Under the pieces are notes generated by a model, which saw only the letters and a program-made list of their open reading frames with translations, did no database searches and was not told the DNA's origin. A DNA stretch of 63,307 bases, filler included, from Octopus bimaculoides (taxonomy: Eukaryota), in assembly GCF_001194135.2 (NCBI RefSeq). It is 6 parts of 6 records of this genome, joined end to end, with 100 filler letters (N's around TTAATTAATTAA, not from the genome) between each part and the next. Parts side by side here need not be neighbours in the genome. Positions count along the whole stretch, not along the records: positions 21,408 to 42,556 come from NC_068984.1; 5 more parts are not named here. One strand, written 5' to 3'. Positions within the stretch are counted from its first letter, which is position 1, and each line of letters begins with the position of its first letter. The position numbers and the translations under genes are program-made. This document shows positions 26,034 through 40,130 of this stretch, piece by piece.

Positions 26034-27133
26034 TACTTCATTTGAAGAGTAAGATTAATGTGAATGAATGCATATCTGTATATTGAAGTATAGAGTTATA
26101 GATATATTTTTAAAGAGGCTGATTGAAATATTTGTATTTGACTTACTACCGAAGAGATTTCCACTCACATAATGGGACCCACATACGTTTCTCTTACTGG
26201 ATATTACAAATGTGGCTATTTATGAAAGCAATTATTTTCATGTGAATCTTTAAATTGAACTCATATCAGAACAAAAAGCTTACAATATTGGTTCTGGAGT
26301 CTTGGGAAATCAAACTTCTCCAATTGATCCATAAACATGTTTTGCACACTTGCCAAGTCGAATGATGAATGAAGAGAACAATCTTTGTTTTCTTGCTTCT
26401 ATTTGAGATTCACACGAAAATGCGTCTACACATTTACTATATATTTAATGTATATGTGGTGCTCGTACATATATATAATATTATATATGATGTACGTTCG
26501 CTAAAATAGTGAATACGTATATGTATATATTTTAAAGTATTGCTGTGATATGCTTGAATATATTTGACAGTGTTGCGTATGGAAAAGAAAGCAAAAAAAA
26601 AAATTGTGATAAATTCTTACCGATGGGAATATAGCAACTCCTGAAAGTTTGATTTGTTTAGGTTCTGTCATTGACTGTACAGATGCAATATTTTACACAC
26701 GCCCATTTATATTCGACTCTATTTATATCGGTAAACGAATTTATTGTATATTTTACCTATTTAAATTATATATAGACTCTAAAATTTAACCCTGTCCGTG
26801 CAAAATATAAAACGACAACTTTGCGGAGGAACATAAAGATATAACTATAAAAATTGCAGATAGGTGCGACAAGTTTTCCTGTGAAATGTGTGCTACAAAA
26901 AAGCATTAATAATGTCTAAGATACTTACATACGAGGTAACTTCCAGTTCATGTGAAATATACAATATGGCTGTGAGACTTGCCTCATAAAATGAAAGAAG
27001 GATATCTACATATTACATACACACACAAACAACATTTGTAAATATAAAAGTAGCTTGTGTATATATTTGTATCTCTCCCTAACTTCCTGTTTCTTTCTCT
27101 CTCTCGCTCTCTCTGTCTAGATAGACAAACAGT

Positions 27134-27176
<43 letters not shown>

Positions 27177-27283
27177 NNNNNNNNNNNNNNNNNNNNNNNN
27201 NNNNNNNNNNNNNNNNNNNNNNNNNNNNNNNNNNNNNNNNNNNNNNNNNNNNNNATATAGATAGATAGATAGATGGATGGATG

Positions 27284-27364
<81 letters not shown>

Positions 27365-27799
27365 GCAAGCAATAGAGTCGGTTACCTAGAACTTTGATCT
27401 GAAATATTGTGTTGATACAAATATTGTTATACTGAAAAAGGATCCTATAGCTAAACAAATCATGTGCTATTTGAATTTTATTTATTTTAGTTTTCATCTA
27501 TAAAATTCTTCAAGCATTTTCATTGTACTTTTCTGAATTTTGCAAAGCTTTCAAATATTTCAATTGATATTCTTTGTTATTTCATTATGCCTCATATTTA
27601 TGAGCTAAAGCCTGCTCTCAAGGTACTGTTCTTCTATCGTGTTATGTTTTTTTTTTTTATATTTAGTAACAGTAATGCATATATGGTTATAATTTAAGAA
27701 TGGGTATGTGTGATACATGCACATATATTTTGTGCAGATGCTCCCAGAGCATGCACATTTATTCAAATTATATTACTTGAGTCATATTTTATCAACAGC

Positions 27800-28620
27800 T
27801 TTCTTTTTTTTTTGCTGCGTTGGAGACGGAACTTCTTGGATCGGAGCTGTTAATATCTAACTCTCTTTCCCATTAAGGTGCGTGCTCTGGAAACATTTAC
27901 TGACTGTGCGTACACTCGAAATGTACCCCTAATATTCGTTCTAATTTTGGGTCTGTGGACATGGCAGATTGCTTTCTCTGTACGGAAGCAATCGATTATG
28001 TCTATAGTGATGATGGATGCATCGAATTTCTACAATATACAATATGAGTATGATAATCAGTTTCTTCTAATCAAGTCTTCGTCAGTATGTGAGTACATTA
28101 TCACATAAGGTCGATAGCTACAATCACATATGATGTGTCCTGCGGTTGTTTTTGAAAGAGAGACGTGTTTCTCCGTAAAATTGTTACATGCTAAGAGGCA
28201 GCTAAGATGATGCGTGTGTTTTTCATCAACATAAGCTTGTAGCTATGGGCCACTTATTTGCAATGCAAAGATTTCTGCTCGCACCTACTAGACAATTGTA
28301 CATTCCCGTTTTTCGTGTCCTTCACTATTTTGTAAAGACGAAACTCCATCAAGATATTATTAATGAATGATTTTACACTATGTGATAGGGCTTCAAGCTC
28401 ATAACTGTTTATGCCATACAGAGTTAAGGTGTCTATATAAAGCTGTGAAATTATTTTCTTGATGTCAATGTTATAATCATATCCTGTTCTCTTAAGGGGT
28501 ATGATTATAAGTGATATTAGAGCTATCGAAATAATTGGAGGTGAAAATGAGTTAGATTCGAAAATGCCACAATTGATGGTAATATTTTTTGAAGGTAACA
28601 TACCCTTCAAATGCTATAAT
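27800..28620 (-). mobile_element. R4/Dong-like reverse transcriptase fragment, highly decayed
   Basis: INCGIFESNSFSPPIISIALISL...LKRTGYDY...ISQLYIDTLTLYG...MEFRLYK corresponds to the degenerate GIFQGDSLSP, YMDDLKLY and MEFGLDK RT motifs. Confidence 0.75.
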
Positions 28621-28679
28621 TGGGCATACATGTTATTATCTTCATTATTATTGTTGTTGTTTTTCTTACGAAAGCCAAT

Positions 28680-31020
28680 TCTAAAAGTTTGTATAAATGC
28701 TCATGGCCTGAGGGCAGCATGGAAATAGGGCCGCTTGCTCAATGATGTCAGGTCACTATGTCTAGACGCAGTAGCCATTAGCGAAACTATAATTTCCAAC
28801 TCGCAATCGCTTGCTCTTCTTCTGGACAAGTACATTGTTTATACCCCTTCTGTTCGGCCTGGATCAAACAGCGTCGCGCTGCTTTTTCGGAAGAACTTCA
28901 GTGAATACAGTTTTCCTTGACTGACCATGTCAGTAGGATGGTGGACTTGGACATAAGTAGCAACGAAGGCAAGTGGGTAGCTTTTAGGTCAATGGCAGTC
29001 TATGCTCCAAAATACAAGACTTTCCTCGGGATATCTCCCACATTACTGTTAGTGGGTGACTGGAATGGGACTTTAGACATAAGCAAAGATTATGTAGGAT
29101 CAGTGGATAGGAGAGTGGGATGCAATAGCCTCACTAGCTTCCTCACGCATTTCCAACTGCATATAAGGGTTCTCCTAGACCATCCAATGACACCTGTGTG
29201 GACTTGGTCTAGTCATTGTGGGTCATCCAGGTCATAATTCGATGGGCTTTTATTAGGCTAGCAGATAGACATAGCGTATGTTGCCCACATTTTCAGATCC
29301 TTGGCTACTCAGATCACAAATTAGCGACCTTTACAGTCAATTTCGGCAATACAATCAGACTAGGACTTGGTTACGGGAAGATGAATGTGTTCTCCCCGGC
29401 GTAGAAAGATTTCAGGTACTGGATTAATAGTCTACTTAAACAGAAATTGACGAGAGCCATCATCAACAACAAGTGGTGGAGTGGATGTCCTTAAAAAGGA
29501 ACATGAGAGAGGTGTTAGTTAGTTCTAGCAAAGAGATTGCTTTAGAAAACAACAGAATTGAAAATAAACTACTTAGTAACTTAGAAGAGGCGCATTAAAG
29601 TGGGATTGCAAATGACGTGCTAGCGGCGAGAATGGCAGTTGACCACTTCTTCGGTGTAAAACATGAAAGCTGTATTGTCCGAGCAAGGGTGCGTGCCTTG
29701 AAACACGAAGGCTCCATCTCCGTTAGATGTGACCGGGTGGCGAAAGGACAGCATGGAAACAAATCTAAAATTCGCTATATGACGGACCACAGTGTTCATG
29801 TGCACTTTGATTCCAAACAAATGAGCGCAATCATTCCGCAGCATTTCGCGGAACTCTTTTCGAAATGTGGCATTGTTGAGACAGCAGGCTTTGAGGCTTG
29901 CCTCGAGTACTGCAAGACGCCAATTTCAGTGGAGGAAGAGGAAGATGTACTGGGCCGCTGCGTGAGGTTCAAATCTGCAGGATTCGATGTTCTGCCCTAT
30001 GAATTATATGCCCGCATGGCAAACTTGCCTGCGCCGGTTTCAGCAGCTGTCTACTGCTCCTGGCAACAGACGGGAAGTATTCCAAGTGGTGTAAGCCTGA
30101 AAGGATGATGCTGCTGAGAAAGGATCCGAACAAGGAGGATGTGATTGAAAACTTCAGGCACATAACTCTGCCCAACACTGAGTTATAGATTTTAACTAAG
30201 CTGCTCGCCAACAGGCTAGCGCTCGTTGTAGGTAGTATAGTTGGAAATGCACAAACCTGTTTGATCTCCTGTAGATTTGTCCACGACAATCTCCAACTCA
30301 TGCAGTACATCAAAGCTTTTTAACAGGATGGACCATCGCTATCTGGTGGCTGTCCTGAAAGCTTTCGGTTTCAGTCCCGTCTTTAGAGAATAAATCACCA
30401 CAGTATATAGTGGCATCTGGTCGGTAGTCAAATTGAATGGTCACATCTCGAAACATTTCAATAGTAAACGCGCGATACGCAAAGATGCTCCCTCTCCCCG
30501 CATTTATGTTATTTTTAATTTAGAACCCTTTCCGTGATGGATGGAGAATTTGAGAGGGGTATCCCGCTGGATCTAGGTAACAGGATAGCTGTGTCTGCAT
30601 ATATGAATGACAGGTCTGAAACTAGGCTCTTGGAAAGGCAAGTCGTCTAGCAGCGATTTCCGTCGCTAGACTGAAGGTCTTGTGTGCTCGGAATCGGGTT
30701 CCGACCACATCTTCAGGGAGATAGGAACTAGGAAGTGTTATGGCGGCCAAACTCACCCAGAAATATGCATAGAGAAAATTGTCTCTGAAAGGCCCCTAAG
30801 AAAGAGCCAATGCATATCTCACCTCGGTAGTTTACTACTGCCTACCTGTCATGATTTATCCTTAGAAAATTGAACAAATAGGAGCGCTTGCTTTTCCGAT
30901 TCTTATAGAAGAGTCAGCTTCTGCTGGTCAGAAAATCTATTTGCCATCAACACCCACACTATAGTGATCTTGGGATGCCATCCTTAATGATGCAGCGCCA
31001 CGCTTTGAGGCTGTCAACCC
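28680..31020 (+). mobile_element. L1/Tx1-like LINE ORF2 remnant (APE endonuclease plus RT)
   Basis: APE motifs INAHGLR...AVAISET, RSMAVYAP, LLLVGDWNGTLD, WTW...SRS*FD. RT motifs KSAGFDVLPYELY, ENFRHITLPNTEL*ILTKLLANRL and a VSAYMND (YADD-like) box. Many stops and frameshifts. Confidence 0.85.
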
Positions 31021-31278
31021 TACATAAAAAAACTAATACTATTAAATACTATTAAATAGTATTACTAACATTTTGTGTGCGGACGAGACTGATGAAAGCC
31101 AGAAATTTGGTATTTTATCAATACCAGGGGATTCCACTTATGAGCCTTCTTTAGTGCACTCCTTAGGTCGGTGAGTGAGATGTCTTCCCATACCTGTTCA
31201 TTATTATTATTATTATCATTATTATTATTATTATTATTATTGTTGTTGTCATCATCATTATTAATAACATTATTATTA

Positions 31279-31820
<542 letters not shown>

Positions 31821-31832
31821 TTTAATTATTAA

Positions 31833-31895
<63 letters not shown>

Positions 31896-31899
31896 GAAG

Positions 31900-33180
31900 C
31901 TTTTGAATGAAAACGAAGCTTATAAATATTATTTAAACATAGATGTCGCTGACCAGTCAAGTTCATGACAAAATCTACTACTGACGGATGGTGTACTCTA
32001 GTACTTGGAAGAATAAAGCCCATTTACGGTTAGTCTGTTCAGTCCCCTGTATTAACGAAATCAAGAAATTTGATTGTAGTGAAGATGAAGAAAGAGAAAG
32101 TGATTGAAATATTCTTTGAAGTGAATGACTCAGGACAGTACGTCTATGTCGATTCCTCGGTAGAAAAGGAAGCCTACGCCATTATTGAAGCTCTTCGTAA
32201 ATAGAAGAACTGCCTTAACGGAGTTCATTTTCAGTTAGTAGCCGACCAACAATCCGTGGCATCCATGTTCAACAAAGAACACAATGGTAAAGTCAAGATC
32301 GACGAGATATTTCGATGTAAGACTGATTTATCAAGTTTCAAATACGATGTCATTTATCGGCTGGTTATGGAGAACAAATCTGCAGGTGATTTTTCTCGGG
32401 GTTATTTTGCATTTTCTACCTTTCCGTTTGTGTCCGCATGTCCAGATATATCAGCCGCTATTGTCATTCATTGGCTCTGCCAAATATTTTCGATTTGTAG
32501 ACTCCCTTCTTTCACCCACACTGATCGTCGTTCTGCCTTCATGTCAGCTGAACTGAGACAACTCCTCCATGATAAAGGCATAGTGACAAGCAGGACGACC
32601 CCATACAATCCAGCTGGGAATTGACAGGTCGAAATACTCATTTCAACCTAACGGAAAAGCATTACTTTTTCACCGAAGTCTAAGGGATTGAGTGCGAGAG
32701 CCTGTCAGTTCCTTCCTCTGTACAGACACTAACACAACGCTTCACAAGAAGCTCTTCAGTTTCCAACGCTGTTCAACTTCTAGGATCTCACTACTAGAAT
32801 GGCTAGTGTATGGTGGACCCGTGGACATGAAGAAACAACAGCAGTTCTCAAAATACAATCCAACAGTGAGGAAGGTTGAATTACTTGAATGCAATCCACA
32901 GTATGCCCATGTACGCTTATCAACCGGTAAGGGAGAAGTGGTTTCGTTGAAACATTTGACTTCGGGAGTAGATACGCAATTTTCAGATACACCGTCCGAG
33001 CTTTTTACCACATCGTACGACCAGGAACCTATGAACTTTCTCAAAGCAGAAACACCGGCACTTGAAACCGGAGCCAGTGGTATCGATGCTAAAAAGAAGC
33101 AAACAGTTCAAGACTTAATAAACCTGAGCATTCGAAAGGATGTCAACCATTCCATTCTATTTATATTTGACGGATAATAA
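31900..33180 (+). mobile_element. Ty3/gypsy LTR-retrotransposon pol remnant (RNase H plus integrase)
   Basis: RNase H region SSVEKEAYAIIEALRK*...HFQLVADQQSV...LSSFKYDVIYR. Integrase core FPFVSACPD...HTDRRSAFMSAELRQLLHDKGIVTSRTTPYNPAGN*QVE, then LLECNPQYAHVRL. No LTRs were recognised. Confidence 0.88.
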
Positions 33181-34149
33181 TGTAAATAATGTACATAATT
33201 CCTCATTTCTTAAATATAGAACTGTATTTCCATTCTATGGTTTGACTTCCTTCATGAATATTTCGTAACAACTTTATAGTTGAGTAAGGCCTCAATCAAC
33301 TTCAGTTCGTTGAGTATATAAACGTTTCTATGTCAGAACCTTGGAAACTGTATTCTAAATTCTATCGTATGTCTCTTTTCTTGTCTAGTTTAACTTTTTC
33401 ATTTAGTGTTCAGGTAAGAATATGGTAACTGCAACTTATAACTAGGACACCAAAAATGCTGATAATATAAGAATATTATCTTACCGTTCGTATCGATTTC
33501 TGTTGTAAGTATTAATTTAATCCGTCTATGATATTNNNNNNNNNNNNNNNNNNNNNNNNNNNNNNNNNNNNNNNNNNNNNNNNNNNNNNNNNNNNNNNNN
33601 NNNNNNNNNNNNNNNNNNNNNNNNNNNNNNNNNNNNNNNNNNNNNNNNNNNNNNNNNNNNNNNNNNNNNNNNNNNNNNNNNNNNNNNNNNNNNNNNNNNN
33701 NNNNNNNNNNNNNNNNNNNNNNNNNNNNNNNNNNNNNNNNNNNNNNNNNNNNNNNNNNNNNNNNNNNNNNNNNNNNNNNNNNNNNNNNNNNNNNNNNNNN
33801 NNNNNNNNNNNNNNNNNNNNNNNNNNNNNNNNNNNNNNNNNNNNNNNNNNNNNNNNNNNNNNNNNNNNNNNNNNNNNNNNNNNNNNNNNNNNNNNNNNNN
33901 NNNNNNNNNNNNNNNNNNNNNNNNNNNNNNNNNNNNNNNNNNNNNNNNNNNNNNNNNNNNNNNNNNNNNNNNNNNNNNNNNNNNNNNNNNNNNNNNNNNN
34001 NNNNNNNNNNNNNNNNNNNNNNNNNNNNNNNNNNNNNNNNNNNNNNNNNNNNNNNNNNNNNNNNNNNNNNNNNNATATATATATATATATATACCTGTGG
34101 ATTTGCTCTATTCCTTTTCTTCTTTATCTAGTGTGAAATTGTTGTTCTT

Positions 34150-34742
34150 TATTTGTTTTCCATTTTGAAGGTTCCATCTGCCCATTTCTCTAAGCTCAGT
34201 TCCATATTTATTTATTTGATAAATTCATGCACTATCTGTAGCAGTGTCTCCAGTTTTTATTTTATCATTTGCAGCATATAGCTTGAGATAATACATACAC
34301 AAGATATGGTTGATGTTTTTGTGCAGAGCTTGTATTCACGTCCGGTTCTGTTTAAAGACATGTCGATTGAATGCATTAATTCAAAAACAGAATAGGTGAG
34401 ATGAGAGCTAGTCTCCATGGAGTATTCCCCTTCTAAATAAGATGACTTCAGTTTTTATAATTCCCTGTTTTATCCGTAGCTGTAGAACACTTGCCATTTA
34501 TCCATGTCAATATTTTATAAATTTTATCACTTGATACTACTACCTTGCTCATGTCTAGTGTTTCTACAATCCACGTGTGAGGAATTCTGCCAAAAGCCTT
34601 CGGGTAATCCACCCAAGCCCTTCTTAGACCAATTATTTTTTCGGTTGTCTTCAATCATGGTATTTGTTGATAAACAACTGTTTACGGGCATACACGCTTG
34701 CAGCATTCCTACTAGAATTTTCTGGATGTCTGCCAATTTTCT
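34150..34742 (-). mobile_element. R4/Dong-like RT core fragment
   Basis: KQLFINK, LRRAWVDYPKAFGRIPHTWIVETL, FRRGILHGD*LS and INHILCMYYLKLYAAND (RT motifs 2-5). Its 5' side abuts a (TAA)/(TAG) tract. Confidence 0.78.
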
Positions 34743-34744
34743 GT

Positions 34745-35055
<311 letters not shown>

Positions 35056-35171
35056 TAATGCGCTAGATTTGAAATTGGTAATTTTTAAGTATAGAAGAAA
35101 GAGAATAATATCGCACGGGATTAAAATTGACCAGCTTATTTTCTTGAATGTTATTTTATCACATTTCCATT

Positions 35172-35244
<73 letters not shown>

Positions 35245-36229
35245 TTATTTGTGTATTTTAAAGTGTATAGTTTTGTGTATGTGTAGATGTTTGCATAGTT
35301 ATTCATTGTTTCTTTTTTTTATATGCAAACATTTCAGATTCTATTACATTGAAAATATTGATATGATGTGCTAAAAATAATCAAGAAAAAAGATCGCCTA
35401 TTACAAACAAAATAAAAGGATGATAAAAGGAAATACTATCAAAATTGTATTTATTTTATATTTCATGTTATTTACTTTAAAATGTATTCCCGCCGGGTTT
35501 CATGACAGCAATATCACATTAATATTTTGATAGAGATATATTAAAATATGTAAAATGAAAAACCAAAAAAGTTTATGAATTAAAATTTCATAATCTTAGG
35601 TAAAAAAAATGTTGTGTGGCACTGTAAAGCTGCTGTTAATGTTGATGATATCGTTGCTTTTAGATAAAGCTAACGTTGTCATTGACAACGATGAGAATGC
35701 TAAGGACGTTTTAACAAATGAAAGTGGATACTCCATACGTACACATAACATACCACATTTATAGATATGGGAATTTATTGTGATGCAGCCAATTTCATTT
35801 TACGGAAAATAAGGATATTTGTGAAATGAATGTGAAGCGAAATCCAAATTTATATCGCAGAACCATTAGAACAAGATTTATGTTTTTATCAGGCACTTTT
35901 TACAACACAAGAAATACGATTTAGATTGTAACCTACAGCCACCACGAATTGTGTCTAAACATGTTATATTTAACGAGATATGTTGTGATGGTCACATTCC
36001 ATACCAGGCTGACTGGAAGATAATTATAAAAAAGAAAAATCCTTTAGTAAATTTTGCCATAAATTGCAAGCCTTATGCATAAAATGTGTCTCAGTAATAG
36101 GAGCCAATACTCAAAAACCTTATTCCCGGAGACATGTGAGCTCTTATTAGACGGAAAATAATCGCTTATATAAACCATTTAATGACAGCGAGTAATCCCA
36201 CCTGAAATTGTTATTTTTAGAGTCGAAAG

Positions 36230-37620
36230 GAAATTTGGATTCTCCCATGAAAACCAATAGGAAGAAAGGGACACTAAGGAGTAGAAAACATATTAAGAAT
36301 TCTAGAGCCTTCTACAAGTTTGCAAATGATTCTGCCTGAGAGCACTACACGGTAGGGCCATGGTTTTGAATAAATGGTTCTCTGACACAAGGCACCGTGG
36401 TGATAAGGGAAATACTAAATAAAGAATTCCAAAATAATTTCACTTTGCTGGTTAGATCATACGCAAGAAAGAAAGCCTGATAAGAATTTCAACTCTGCAG
36501 ATCTACACGGGAAAGAAGCAACAATCTATTACATGGACATAAAGGATGACGGGGAAATATATGGCCTTTCATAAAATACAATTTCAGTTAACAACGGGCC
36601 TAGATGTATTTTTGGTTCTTCATTTAAATAGATGTAAGAAAACTACCCCCAAACCAACTAAAATATTCTTTCAGAATTATTTTTCATGTGGGAAGCTTCC
36701 CGAAATGATAATAGAAAGTATAATATACGCTGTCCATAAGGGAGGATTCAGAGCAGATGCCATAAATTAACAACTATATGTCTGACTTCACATGTTAGCA
36801 AAGCAATGGAACGCATTCTCAGAAGGAGACTGATCACTTACCTAGAAGAAAATAGCTTGCTCACAAACACGCTACTTTGCTTTGTCCGAGACGGACTTAC
36901 CTCACACAACAAGTACAGCTCTGTGCTGTGGTACTGAAAAAGTAATTCAAACACTCAAAAATGGGTGTGATTTATATCGACTTTTACCAAGACCTTTTGA
37001 CACAGCTGATCATAGGACGATATATCAGAACCTTAATGACATTTGTATAACTAGAAAACTAAAGGAATATTTGCATGACATTTTCCAATGGAGAAATGAG
37101 AGAGCAGAAGTTAATTGCAAACTCTGAGGAAAAATTAGTTCCTCGTGCAGTCCTCCAGGTAAATGTACTGTGATCACTACTGTTTGTAGTGTCACCGTCA
37201 CATGCCTTCAATCAAATAGTCGGCCATCCTCACCAGTTATGCATGAAAATATTGAAACTAGTAAAGAGCACCCATGACACTGAAATTTCAGAAAAACTTC
37301 GATGAAATATAGACATGAGCTGCTGAAACTAATACTTAGTCCAATGCTTAAACGATTCGAGTACGCTAAATACAGGTGGAATACACATCACGAGGAAGTG
37401 ATATCCCAGAGTAAAGGTCGATAAAATGTTAAAACACAAGGGCAGAGATGCAACATTTCATGTGTGCATCACAAAGTTGGCAACATTGTGCAGGTACTTG
37501 GCTGGTTGGATTCTGAAGCAATTCAGAACCATGAAAATGGGTTTCATGTCTAACTTATATATGATTAAGATCTCATAATATCAGGCGAAAAATTCCCAAA
37601 TACATAAACTTAATTCATGA
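36230..37620 (+). mobile_element. CR1/L2-like LINE RT remnant, highly decayed
   Basis: VHKGGFRADAIN*...LTSHVSKAMERILRRRLITYLEENSLL, a degenerate D..K.FD.ADH motif (PRPFDTADH) and a decayed SGVPQG-type region. Confidence 0.7.
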
Positions 37621-38832
37621 GTGGAGGCTACAACGCAATGTACCAGAAATTAAATATCGTTAGATATGTTGCAGTAACTGATGTAGATCACTTGATTGTG
37701 TTCTTTATCATATTTCTAATAATTTTCTTTGTTGACCAATGTTTTTCTTTAAACTTTGCTGAATTACATATATTTTCCATTTTATAGCAAATTTTTTTAG
37801 TGTAAGTTAATTTATATACACCCTGTATACATACACACACATACACACATAAAATTATATATATATAGTTATATTTTGGGATGATCGTGTCTTTTGTCGT
37901 GGCAAAAGAACACACGTATAGTGCTTTTATTTGTCCGAAATATAACAATATCTACTGCAACACACCATTTCCCATCAGGAATCTTGCAAAGCAAATTCAT
38001 AGACTTATATTCATATGTGTGTGTGTGTGTGTGCATGCGTCTGGGTGTGTCTGAATGAGTGAGTGTGAATATGTATATGAGTGTATGTACGTCTGTGTAT
38101 ATATATATATATANNNNNNNNNNNNNNNNNNNNNNNNNNNNNNNNNNNNNNNNNNNNNNNNNNNNNNNNNNNNNNNNNNNNNNNNNNNNNNNNNNNNNNN
38201 NNNNNNNNNNNNNNNNNNNNNNNNNNNNNNNNNNNNNNNNNNNNNNNNNNNNNNNNNNNNNNNNNNNNNNNNNNNNNNNNNNNNNNNNNNNNNNNNNNNN
38301 NNNNNNNNNNNNNNNNNNNNNNNNNNNNNNNNNNNNNNNNNNNNNNNNNNNNNNNNNNNNNNNNNNNNNNNNNNNNNNNNNNNNNNNNNNNNNNNNNNNN
38401 NNNNNNNNNNNNNNNNNNNNNNNNNNNNNNNNNNNNNNNNNNNNNNNNNNNNNNNNNNNNNNNNNNNNNNNNNNNNNNNNNNNNNNNNNNNNNNNNNNNN
38501 NNNNNNNNNNNNNNNNNNNNNNNNNNNNNNNNNNNNNNNNNNNNNNNNNNNNNNNNNNNNNNNNNNNNNNNNNNNNNNNNNNNNNNNNNNNNNNNNNNNN
38601 NNNNNNNNNNNNNNNNNNNNNNNNNNNNNNNNNNNNNNNNNNNNNNNNNNNNNNNNNNNNNNNNNNNNNNNNNNNNNNNNNNNNNNNNNNNNNNNNNNNN
38701 NNNNNNNNNNNNNNNNNNNNNNNNNNNNNNNNNNNNNNNNNNNNNNNNNNNNNNNNNNNNNNNNNNNNNNNNNNNNNNNNNNNNNNNNNNNNNNNNNNNN
38801 NNNNNNNTATATATATATATATATATATATAT

Positions 38833-38898
<66 letters not shown>

Positions 38899-39533
38899 GC
38901 CCCTCTTATCTAGGTAACAAACGTGGGGTTGAGATGTACACCAGCAACTGCACAGGACGAAACTATAATGTATCAAAGATCCTCGCTCCTCATCTAACAT
39001 ACTGTGGACTGTATCAGCTATGGTTTGAAAGAACTGTAAATTTTCAACGAACTCAGATATGTTTAAACTGTGGATTTGGATATTTGCGAAAAGATATTTA
39101 GACAAACCTGTTTGTTATTATTTGGAACAACGAAGTGTTACATCTTCCGAACTCCCCACTACGGCAAATACATTTCTCGAAAAGAAGCGCAGCACAACCA
39201 CAGATTTTCTCTGAAACCATCAAACACAAAAATGCGAACACTCACACAAAACTACACAAAAGCACACACACGTACACGCATACATATACACACATATACG
39301 TGTGTGTGTTATGTACATATATTTGTGCATATATGTGCATGGGTAGGTTTCGTCTAATAGTCTACAATTATAAGCTACACTTACGTTGTTTTATAATCAC
39401 ATGTTTTAGCTTAATATTGTTTACGGACATCCGATGAGATTCCGAAATTTTACCAACGTACGACCTTTTGACAAAATCTTGTTTCAATTCGCGTGACACA
39501 AAATTCCGTTTCAATTTACGGAATGCATATGTA

Positions 39534-40130
39534 TACGATGGGGTACCCAAAAGAAACCGGGATTTGCAATATATTTTATTCACTTATATTTACATGTTTA
39601 TACTTTTATCGCCTTCAAAGTGTTTTCCATACGGGTTTTCCTCTGTATGAAGCAGTCCTGGAAATCTTGCAAAGTGAAGCCTTTTAACGCCTCCGTCGTT
39701 TTTTATCTCATCTCTTCCATATCTGCAAAACGCTTTGGTCAAAAACTGTCTCAAAACGCAGACAAATTGTCATCATGAAACCACCACTCTCCACTTTGCT
39801 ATAGGTCGGGGTGTTTTCGTCTCACCGTGTCTTGTAAATGCTTCAGAACTGCCAAGTAAAATGTCTGGTTACCAGACTGACTGAGAGGGACAAGTTCTCT
39901 GTGGACAATACCTTTCGAATCGATGAAGCAAATCAGTATCATCTTGACATTGGACTTCCTTTGAGGCACTATGGAGGGTCGGTGTTGCGGGGCGTAGTGA
40001 CATGAAATACTTTCATTAATTCAATGCTGCTTCTTTTTCGGGTCGTATCCGTAGCCGAAGCTATCGTCACCAGTGATGACCTTCGAAAAATGGTTCGGAT
40101 CAACTTCTAACGTTTTTTTTTTTTATAGGA
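39534..40130 (-). mobile_element. Mariner transposase remnant with internal deletions
   Basis: Minus reads KVITGDDSFGYGYDP, KSNVKMILICFIDSKGIVHRELVP...FYLAVLKHLQDTVRRKHPDL*QSGEWWFHDDN. A TA-flanked TIR-like end tacgatggggtacccaaaag begins at 39534. Confidence 0.8.

Noticed and set aside
26284-26348. Possible minus-strand exon (VQNMFMDQLEKFDFPRLQNQY) with a GTAAG donor
   Set aside because: Weak acceptor, short, no recognisable homology or partner exons.
27878-28108. Plus-strand 76-aa ORF resembling a membrane protein
   Set aside because: It is the antisense of the decayed Dong-like RT continuation.
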